Shown here one piece after another: positions 57,738 through 64,000 of a stretch of DNA of 64,000 nt. Location: positions 3,214 through 67,213 of the forward strand of contig CAJXLK010000020.1 of assembly GCA_913055635.1 (NCBI GenBank), given 5' to 3'. How positions within the stretch are numbered: the first letter of the stretch is position 1; each line of letters starts with the position of its first letter. The DNA is from an uncultured Bacteroidota bacterium (GTDB lineage Bacteria; Bacteroidota; Bacteroidia; Bacteroidales; UBA12077). The position numbers and the translations under genes were made by a program. Under the pieces are notes generated by a model. That model saw only the letters and a list, made by a program, of their open reading frames with translations, made no database searches and was not told the DNA's origin.

Positions 57738-57783
57738 AAAAGCGGTGTTTTGAAGTACGACAACGGGGCCGTTTCCGGGTGCA

Positions 57784-58953
57784 TCAGCGAAGTTTGCGGA
57801 ACGCCAGTTCCAGTTTATCGGACAGGCGTTGAAAGACTTCATCTTTGTTACCCAGACCGTTGATGTCATAAATGGGCTTTTGTTTGCGGTAATAATCCAG
57901 AACCGGTTTGGTGCGCTCCTCGAATTGTTCCATTCGCCGGATTACCGTATCGATGCTTTCATCGTATGGCCGTTTGTTTTCGGTCTGGGCCCTTTCCGTC
58001 AGCCGTTTAATGGACTCGAGGGTGGGAATATGGAGGTTGAACACGCACGAGACCGTTGAATTCATCTTGCGCAGGAGGCCATCCAGGATGTAAGCCTGCA
58101 CTATGGTTTTGGGAAAGCCCTTGAAAAAGAATCCGCGGGCATTGGGATGGGTTTTGATTTGCCGTTCAATCACCCGGATGGCGTATTCATCGGGCACAAT
58201 ATCCCCTTTTTCAATATACGATTTGGCCTTGCGCCCCATTTCAGTGCCCTTATCAATCTCTTCGTAAAGCTGAGAACCGGCCGAGATGTAAATTAAATTA
58301 TGCTTTTCGGCCAACATTCTGCCCTGGGTATCTTTTCCGGAACCGGGCGGGCCAAAGAGCACCACGTTCAGCCACTCTTTGGTCAGGGTTTGTTCGATGG
58401 TGGTGGTGATGCGCTTAAAAACTTCCTCAACACTGCCTACCCCGTTGATTTTATAATATATGCCTTTTTCCGAATAAAAATTGGCCACTGGCAGGGTTTT
58501 GTTGCGGTACTCTTTCAGGCGGTTCTGTATGACTTCTTCGGTATCATCGCTGCGGTTCTCTTTTTTGGCGCGTTCAAGCATCCGTTTCATCAGTTCTTCT
58601 TCGGGCACCTCCAGGCTGATCATACAAGAAAGGTGGGTGTTCATCTTTAAAAGCAACCCTTCCAGTATATAGGCCTGGATGACCGTACGGGGAAATCCGT
58701 CGAAGAGAAAACCGCTGACTTCCGGGTTGGTCTGGATCTTTTTTTCGATGATCTGAACGATGATGTCATCCGAGACCAATTCGCCCCGTTCAATGACGGC
58801 CTGGGCTTTTTTGCCCAAGACCGTACCCTGGGCCATCTCTTCACGCAAGATATCGCCCGTGGAGATGTAAACCAGGTTATAGCGTTCAATCAGCATTTTG
58901 GACTGGGTTCCTTTGCCCGCACCCGGTGGGCCGAATAATGCAATGTTAAACAT
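57784..58953 (-). CDS. adk: Tandem-fused double adenylate kinase (two short-LID Adk modules in one polypeptide)
   Basis: 389-aa ORF. Module 1 (58375-58953) has GPPGAGKGT, STGDILR, DGFPRT and NRSDD. Module 2 (57784-58374) has GPPGSGKDT, SAGSQLY, KGFPKT and KRPYDES. Confidence 0.85.
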   Translation of the reverse strand: MFNIALFGPPGAGKGTQSKMLIERYNLVYISTGDILREEMAQGTVLGKKAQAVIERGELVSDDIIVQIIEKKIQTNPEVSGFLFDGFPRTVIQAYILEGLLLKMNTHLSCMISLEVPEEELMKRMLERAKKENRSDDTEEVIQNRLKEYRNKTLPVANFYSEKGIYYKINGVGSVEEVFKRITTTIEQTLTKEWLNVVLFGPPGSGKDTQGRMLAEKHNLIYISAGSQLYEEIDKGTEMGRKAKSYIEKGDIVPDEYAIRVIERQIKTHPNARGFFFKGFPKTIVQAYILDGLLRKMNSTVSCVFNLHIPTLESIKRLTERAQTENKRPYDESIDTVIRRMEQFEERTKPVLDYYRKQKPIYDINGLGNKDEVFQRLSDKLELAFRKLR

Positions 58954-59021
58954 ATCAGTCTATTTTAACGATTTGGGGTTTTCCAAGCAATAATGACCAG
59001 CCTGTGATCAGCTGCACCTGT

Positions 59022-59366
59022 TTATTTGGCTTTGTTTCCCCGGCATACAAACAAAAAGGCAATCATACCAAATAACAACAACGACAGAAAAGACAGGCTC
59101 TGCAGATCGCCCGGGAAAGTGAAAATTTGATAAAGGCTCACCACAAACAGGATAAAGGCGGATAAAACTGTCAAAGTCTGCCTTTTGGCAAAAGTTCCTG
59201 CGATCAGCAGGAATCCAAAAATCGTTAATATTGCGGAGAGATAAAAATGAAATGACTGAAAATTGTGTGCCAGAATCCGGTCAAAATGTTGGAGGTAAAT
59301 ATAAAATCCGGCCCCAAGCCGCAAAAGAAAAGTGCTCAGGGGTAAAAAAAATCTTGCTGGTCTCAT
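59022..59366 (-). CDS. Hypothetical small membrane protein (about 114 aa, 3-4 helices)
   Basis: ATG 59366 gives MRPARFFLPLSTFLLRLGAGFYIYL and the ORF is hydrophobic throughout. I recognise no family. Confidence 0.45.
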   Translation of the reverse strand: MRPARFFLPLSTFLLRLGAGFYIYLQHFDRILAHNFQSFHFYLSAILTIFGFLLIAGTFAKRQTLTVLSAFILFVVSLYQIFTFPGDLQSLSFLSLLLFGMIAFLFVCRGNKAK

Positions 59367-59437
59367 AGAGTGGCTGTTTTGTCCGTAAATATTGCAAAAA
59401 AAATTGAGAAACACAATCCGCAGGCTTACCCCGCTGT

Positions 59438-59449
59438 TTACATTTGTAA
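59438..59449. promoter_or_regulatory. 12-bp palindrome TTACATTTGTAA (TTACA-N2-TGTAA site 1)
   Basis: Perfect palindromic arms. Contains TACATTTG, which also fits the TAnnTTTG -7 box. Confidence 0.4.
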
Positions 59450-59678
59450 CAGCCGGCTGTTTTTGTCCCTCCAGGTAATCCGTTCTTTTTTGTTAGCCAA
59501 TCTTTTTCAAAGTTTGAAGTAAAAAATATACAGTGTTTTCCCACCCGGTATCGCTCTAGCAGTACTACACTATGCCTTTCCTCCGTCAAAAATAATCGAT
59601 CAGTTCGTTTTTTCGGAATGCCGCACCCCGGTGTTTCACGATTGTCAACACAAAGAATGGGCTTTGATTTGCGATTGG

Positions 59679-59690
59679 TCTTGTCGTGTT
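59679..59690. promoter_or_regulatory. 12-bp palindrome TTACAAATGTAA (site 2)
   Basis: Perfect palindromic arms. It is the reverse complement of site 1. Confidence 0.4.
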
Positions 59691-60181
59691 ACAAATGTAA
59701 TTATGAAAAAGGGAGCCTGGTCTATCGTTCGGGTTTAGGGAAAATCCTGAGATCTGTTAAAACAATAATAATCGTAATATCAATGATTTATGGATTTTAT
59801 TTGAATTGTTGTTTGAGAAAATTGAGGGAATCCAACCTATAAAAGGATTTATTCCGGCCTTTCACAATATATAATATATTGACTATCAGTGTATATTTAA
59901 AATAAATTAAAGTATTGGTTAAGGGCTACAAGAGTGATTTGCATCCAGTTGATAATCAATTTGTTTTACTGGTCGCTCTTGGCTTCATATTCATATCATG
60001 GGGGGTGATTTTTTGGGCCTAATTTAATCCGCTACCCCCCTGTCTTTGATCAAAGGGCAATTTTAATTAACCGGATCATCTATTGACGTCATTTTGCCGG
60101 GCCAACTTTTTACCAAAATTATACTGTCCGGATCATTATGGTCAGGATGTTGGTTGGAACAAGCAAATTTTCCTGGTTTGA

Positions 60182-60193
60182 TTACAATTGTAA
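60182..60193. promoter_or_regulatory. 12-bp palindrome TTACAATTGTAA (site 3)
   Basis: Perfect 12-bp palindrome, 74 nt upstream of the HTH gene ATG. Confidence 0.4.
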
Positions 60194-60239
60194 CGCCCAG
60201 GGAGTTCCTTTTTGTTTACATTTGGCTACAATAATTTTA

Positions 60240-60251
60240 TTACATTTGTAT
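60240..60251 (+). promoter_or_regulatory. TTACATTTGTAT (site 4, 11/12) overlapping a candidate -7 box for the HTH gene
   Basis: TACATTTG at 60241-60248 matches TAnnTTTG, 16-26 nt upstream of ATG 60267. A half-site TTACATTTGG lies at 60216-60225. Confidence 0.4.
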
Positions 60252-60266
60252 AAAATAAAAAGGGCC

Positions 60267-60707
60267 ATGAAGGAAAGGTTGTTACAATTCTTAAATAATC
60301 GGGGTATAACCTCCACCAGACTGGCAGATCAGATCGGGGTTCAGCGTTCAAGCATTTCCCATATTGTATCGGGCCGCAATAAACCCAGTTATGATTTCAT
60401 CTATAAATTTCTTGAACACTACCCTCAAATCAATCCCAAATGGTTGATTTTGGGGGAAGGCAGCATGTATCTGCAACAAAAGCAAAGCACCCTGGCCTTT
60501 GATGATCAATCCCCCCAGCAGGGGGCTTCAGAAAACCCAACCAGGAACAACCAGCAGGGGGGTCAAACCAGTCAGGAACCTGCAGCCGAGAAAATGCCTC
60601 CAGAAGAAGAGATACCCCCTGAGGCAAACACCCACCGTTCGGCTCAAATCACAAGGGTGATTATTTTTTATGATGACCATAGCTTTGAAGAGTATCGGCC
60701 GGGATGA
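60267..60707 (+). CDS. XRE-family helix-turn-helix transcriptional regulator with Gln/Pro-rich linker
   Basis: ATG 60267 gives MKERLLQFLNNRGITSTRLADQIGVQRSSISHIVSGRNKPS, an HTH_3-like domain. It is followed by a low-complexity linker and a short conserved-looking C-terminal segment VIIFYDDHSFEEY. Confidence 0.8.
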   Translation: MKERLLQFLNNRGITSTRLADQIGVQRSSISHIVSGRNKPSYDFIYKFLEHYPQINPKWLILGEGSMYLQQKQSTLAFDDQSPQQGASENPTRNNQQGGQTSQEPAAEKMPPEEEIPPEANTHRSAQITRVIIFYDDHSFEEYRPG

Positions 60708-60743
60708 TAATTCCAGTTTCTTCTTTATCTTTGACTCAAAAAC

Positions 60744-61793
60744 ATGTATCGATACTTGTTCCGCCCGCTCCTTTTTTTGCTCGGGCCTGAAACCATTCAT
60801 AACCTACTGGTAGGGTTAATCAAAGTGTTCTTAAAGTTTTCGCCCCTGGCAGGTATCGCCGGCAAACTTTTCAAGCCTCGCCAGACCGGGCTCAGGCGGG
60901 AATTTTTAGGCATGCACTTCGATCATCCGGTAGGTCTGGCAGCCGGCTTTGACAAAGATGCAGCTTTGGTTGATGAACTGGAACATTTTGGCTTTTCTTT
61001 CGTGGAAATTGGTACGGTTACCCCCCGGCCACAACCGGGGAATCCCAAACCACGATCCTTTAGGTTGCCCCGCGACCAGGCCCTGATCAACCGGATGGGC
61101 TTCAATAACCAGGGCGTCGAACAAGCTGCTATCCGCCTGAGCAAAAGCCGCCACCGGATCATCATTGGCGGAAATCTCGGGAAAAATACCCAAACCTCCA
61201 ATGAGGAAGCCATCCAGGATTATCACTTTGCTTTTGAACAACTTTATGACCATGTCGATTATTTGGTGGTCAACCTAAGCTGCCCCAATATCCAGAATCT
61301 TTCCGAACTCCAGGATAAGCCCCATACCCTGGAGATATTGCACCGACTTACCAACCTGCGGGACAAAAAAGCCCAAGGCAAACCGATCCTGCTAAAAATT
61401 TCGCCGGATTTAAGCACTGAACAACTGGACGATGTCATTGACATTTTTTATTCCAGTGGCATTGATGGGATAATTGCCACCAATACCACAATATCTCGTG
61501 AAGGCCTATCGACCCATGGTGAAAAAGTTCAGCGCATTGGACATGGGGGGCTAAGCGGCACACCGTTAAAAGATCGATCCACCCGGATCATTCGTTATCT
61601 CTCGGAAAAAAGCAATGGACAAATACCAATCATAGGCGTTGGAGGGATCATGTCGGGGGCTGATGCAAAGGAGAAACTGGAAGCCGGCGCCACCCTGATT
61701 CAGGTCTACACCGGCTTCATCTACAACGGGCCCGCTTTCGTCAGACACATCAACCAGGCCCTGGCCAAACAACCCGGTAATCCTGGCCATTGA
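60744..61793 (+). CDS. pyrD: Dihydroorotate dehydrogenase with class-2 (quinone-dependent) architecture
   Basis: 349-aa ORF with a class-2-type N-terminal extension (MYRYLFRPLLFLLGPETIHN). Motifs are GLAAGFDKD, EIGTVTPRPQPGN, NRMGFNN, GIIATNTT and GGLSG. The active-site loop reads NLSCPN. Confidence 0.9.
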   Translation: MYRYLFRPLLFLLGPETIHNLLVGLIKVFLKFSPLAGIAGKLFKPRQTGLRREFLGMHFDHPVGLAAGFDKDAALVDELEHFGFSFVEIGTVTPRPQPGNPKPRSFRLPRDQALINRMGFNNQGVEQAAIRLSKSRHRIIIGGNLGKNTQTSNEEAIQDYHFAFEQLYDHVDYLVVNLSCPNIQNLSELQDKPHTLEILHRLTNLRDKKAQGKPILLKISPDLSTEQLDDVIDIFYSSGIDGIIATNTTISREGLSTHGEKVQRIGHGGLSGTPLKDRSTRIIRYLSEKSNGQIPIIGVGGIMSGADAKEKLEAGATLIQVYTGFIYNGPAFVRHINQALAKQPGNPGH

Positions 61794-61840
61794 ACAATAA
61801 ATCACCTCTTAGGACAACCCTCAACGCGGCGAAATAAAAA

Positions 61841-61862
61841 AACCCGGGTTGTGCCCGGGTTT
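61841..61862 (+). terminator. Rho-independent terminator after pyrD
   Basis: Stem AACCCGGG / CCCGGGTT with a 6-nt loop, followed by AATTTT. It is preceded by an A-run. Confidence 0.65.
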
Positions 61863-61902
61863 AATTTTGTAAAGGTTATCAATTTGTAAAGCTTGTCAAA
61901 TG

Positions 61903-61975
61903 TGACCCAGCTGGGTCTCGAACCCAGGACCCTCGCCTTAAAAGGGCGATGCTCTACCAACTGAGCTACTGAGTC
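61903..61975 (-). tRNA. tRNA-Lys (anticodon UUU)
   Basis: A 73-nt cloverleaf folded by hand. The acceptor stem is GACTCAG/CTGGGTC (one G-U), the D arm GCTC-AGTTGGTA-GAGC and the T arm CTGGG-TTCGAGA-CCCAG. The anticodon arm is TCGCC-CTTTTAA-GGCGA. CCA is not encoded. Confidence 0.95.
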
Positions 61976-61979
61976 GGTG

Positions 61980-61987
61980 CAAAAGTA
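61980..61987 (-). promoter_or_regulatory. Candidate -7 promoter box for tRNA-Lys
   Basis: The minus strand reads TACTTTTG (TAnnTTTG) and ends 4 nt before the mature tRNA 5' end. Confidence 0.35.
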
Positions 61988-62097
61988 ATATCTTGTGTTT
62001 TTTCTGCAAATTTTTTCGGGAAAATTTTCCGCCTTCCGCTCATTCAAGCCTGGAATAAAAGAAAAGCACCTGATTCACAGGATATGCCTAATAAGTA

Positions 62098-62130
62098 AGG
62101 CCTTCCGGTAAGCCAGTCACCGGAAGGCCT
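62098..62130 (-). terminator. Hairpin terminator after the DUF4340 gene
   Basis: 12-bp perfect stem AGGCCTTCCGGT / ACCGGAAGGCCT with a 9-nt loop. The T-tract on the minus strand is weak (TACTTATT). Confidence 0.5.
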
Positions 62131-62215
62131 CAGGCCGATGCTTGCAACCGTTGATCAACACACCAATGCTCCTACTGAACAACAAAGTCGCTCGGGTTGG
62201 TGCTTCCCCGTAAGG

Positions 62216-63133
62216 CTATTTAATGAACCGGCTGCGTTCAACGAACAGTTTGTTGCGGATATCCCCGCTTGGATCGGTAAAGTAGGTTTCAGCCAAAAGG
62301 CTGGAATGAATGATCCACTGACCGTTGATTTTTTTGGCCCTGACCTGAATCTCTTTGGTCCCGTCAATCGTTACCTGGTATTCGGAATCGCTCATATCAG
62401 GAGCAGATAGATCGGCGAAATTGTTTCCCTTCAGGCTGCTGATCTCTTGCAGGTACTGACTGACCGAGGCAGAATCGGCGGTTTGCTCGCCTGCTTGCCA
62501 CTGGTTGGTTTGTCTGCTTAAAACAAAAGATTTATCCCCCGGCGATTCAATCTCTATGCGGTTTATATCAGATGGGTTAACTTCCACGAGGGTTTTTCTC
62601 ATAAACACCTCGGCATTGCTGGCCAGGGTTCTTTTAAAGAAACCATTAACGCCATAGACGTTTTCGTCACCGGCTTGCCTGATGTATGTAACGGCACTGC
62701 GCGATTTGGGATCAAAATTGAGCTTACCCAGCCGCAATCCTATCGCTTCATCACCTGCTTGAACCTTGATGCGGGTGGCCAGCGAATCGCTCACCTCATA
62801 TTGGGTCCAGCGATCGGAAGAGGTTGCCACCACCTGGCTGACCTCCAAACCGGCAACCCGTTCCAGGGTTCGCTGAATCTGCCCTTGCTTGGCCGGGTAA
62901 CTTTTTCCGCTGGTTTGGACACGCCAGGTACTGTCTTGCCTGATTAAATCAAAAGGGTCAGCTCCTTTGGGGGCTATATGCATGCGGTCAATCTCGCCGG
63001 GGTCAAATTCAACCAGCTCGCTCCTGAACGAACGCCTGCCCCGGTCGCTGTCGGTGAAAAAGACAACCAAAACCAATGCCAGCAGCACCAAAAATGCCAC
63101 GGCTAATATCTTGGGATTTGCTTTATTGAACAT
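62216..63133 (-). CDS. DUF4340 domain-containing protein (usual partner of gldG)
   Basis: 305-aa ORF with an N-terminal TM anchor (ILAVAFLVLLALVLVVFF). It sits directly after gldG with an 11-nt overlap, the typical gldF-gldG-DUF4340 arrangement. Confidence 0.72.
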   Translation of the reverse strand: MFNKANPKILAVAFLVLLALVLVVFFTDSDRGRRSFRSELVEFDPGEIDRMHIAPKGADPFDLIRQDSTWRVQTSGKSYPAKQGQIQRTLERVAGLEVSQVVATSSDRWTQYEVSDSLATRIKVQAGDEAIGLRLGKLNFDPKSRSAVTYIRQAGDENVYGVNGFFKRTLASNAEVFMRKTLVEVNPSDINRIEIESPGDKSFVLSRQTNQWQAGEQTADSASVSQYLQEISSLKGNNFADLSAPDMSDSEYQVTIDGTKEIQVRAKKINGQWIIHSSLLAETYFTDPSGDIRNKLFVERSRFIK

Positions 63134-64000
63134 AATCGGCCTCCATTCTTTTTATCCTTGTGATGCGTTTTTGTTGGAAACGGAAGATTCCGTAGAGGAT
63201 CATCAGAACCATCGGGAGCAAGAAGTTAAAATATTTGAGGAAGGTCTTCTTGCTGTCTTTGATCTGTTCAAGGGGCCGTGAGGATATGCCCTTGGTGCGC
63301 AGGGTCATCAGGCCCGTTTCATCCGAGAGCCAGTCGATGCTGTTGACCAGCAGGCTGACGTTGTCGCGTTGACTTTGTCGGTTTCGCCGGGTGAGAGGAA
63401 AGTCTCCATCAGCAATCACCACCATGGCCGATTCCTGCCCTTTGGTGATGGGCCCCTCCAGGGTTGCAGCCACCGGCAGTTTTGACTTGGGAAAATCACT
63501 CTCGCGCCATTCTTTGCGCACGTCAAAACGCAGGGGCGCTTTCTGGGTGGCTGATTTTTTGGAGGAACGGGCAATAGGCGTATATTCCAGGGTGGTGTCG
63601 CCGACAAAATCCAGTGTGCTGGCAAAACGCATGGAGACAGCCTCCAGGCCCTTGGTGATGGGATGCTTCGGAAAATTGCTGATGATGGGCAGGTAGGGGA
63701 AATTGACACTGACACGGAAGGGGTTATTGGGTTGGCGAACCGAAACCCGTTGGCAATTGGCATCAATCACAAAGTTTTTTTTCACTTCAATGCCTTTGTC
63801 CCTGATCCAAGAGGCCAGCCCTGTTTTTTGGACCGAACCGCGTGCCCGGCGGAAGTTGCCCTTTACCCGGTTGAAGGCCACCAACAGCTTGCCCCCCTGC
63901 GCCAAATAGCGGTCCAACTGACGCAAATGGCTTTGAGGGAAGGAATCCTTGGGGGCAATGATCGCCACTGTCCGGTATTTTTGGAGGACATTGGCCGTGT
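63123..64000 (-). CDS. gldG: Gliding-motility-associated ABC transporter auxiliary component GldG (3' part; gene continues beyond the window)
   Basis: The reading frame is open to position 64000, and the ORF track start at 63968 is an internal GTG. The GldG-type domain includes VVIADGDF...NVSLLVNSIDWL and a C-terminal TM helix. Confidence 0.8.
   Translation of the reverse strand, partial: TANVLQKYRTVAIIAPKDSFPQSHLRQLDRYLAQGGKLLVAFNRVKGNFRRARGSVQKTGLASWIRDKGIEVKKNFVIDANCQRVSVRQPNNPFRVSVNFPYLPIISNFPKHPITKGLEAVSMRFASTLDFVGDTTLEYTPIARSSKKSATQKAPLRFDVRKEWRESDFPKSKLPVAATLEGPITKGQESAMVVIADGDFPLTRRNRQSQRDNVSLLVNSIDWLSDETGLMTLRTKGISSRPLEQIKDSKKTFLKYFNFLLPMVLMILYGIFRFQQKRITRIKRMEADYVQ

Noticed and set aside
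61903-61975. tRNA-Lys as an integration site of a genomic island
   Set aside because: No integrase is present. I saw no direct repeat of the tRNA 3' end in the flanking sequence. Both flanks carry ordinary core genes (pyrD on one side, gldG/DUF4340 on the other).
61802-62047. 81-aa ORF overlapping tRNA-Lys
   Set aside because: The segment AQLVEHRPFKARVLGSRPS is the usual spurious translation of a tRNA gene. The tRNA cloverleaf explains the region.

Overview
This 64-kb window looks like core chromosome from a Bacteroidota-type bacterium. The lineage call rests on gldG plus DUF4340, DUF4491, DUF3108, a TPR lipoprotein after gyrA, and TAnnTTTG-type promoter boxes. It is densely packed with about 48 protein genes and one tRNA-Lys(UUU). 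Most genes are on the minus strand, in long co-directional runs at 30.6-45.9 kb and 50.2-59.4 kb. Recognisable housekeeping genes:
- Proteases and envelope: clpC, gyrA, a CspA-type cold-shock protein, a tricorn-like S41 protease, PBP1A, lon.
- Signalling and repair: a class III nucleotide cyclase, RelA/SpoT, msrA, an M19 dipeptidase, pcm, a YdiJ-like FAD/Fe-S oxidoreductase with an adjacent CheY-like receiver.
- Metabolism: a nitrilase-family amidase, a DUF255 thioredoxin-domain protein, a chagasin-type inhibitor, a PatB/MalY lyase, an FprA flavodiiron protein, a CPBP protease, pyrD.
- A TonB receptor-MFS-hemN-hemY cluster, a fused double adenylate kinase, and the 3' part of gldG with DUF4340.

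I saw no transposase, integrase, CRISPR array, restriction, toxin-antitoxin or other defence or mobile-element hallmark. I therefore cannot support a claim of a clear novel multi-gene system here. The features most worth a second look:
1. A head-to-tail fused double adenylate kinase whose second module has substituted catalytic residues.
2. A TonB-receptor / AmpG-like MFS / HemN / HemY gene string that may couple import to late heme synthesis.
3. A family of palindromic REP-like elements (core CCCCGCTTAGCGGGG) at two distant loci, one bracketing a 14-nt tandem array, plus two further intergenic minisatellites (21 nt and 24 nt).
4. An 850-bp non-coding region with repeated TTACA-N2-TGTAA palindromes upstream of an XRE-type regulator.
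5. A class-2-type PyrD carrying Cys at the position where class 2 enzymes normally have the catalytic Ser.
6. An isolated B12-binding radical SAM gene.
7. A very large ABCG-like transporter with extra domains followed by two secreted proteins of unknown function.

All functional calls come from motif recognition by eye. No searches were run.
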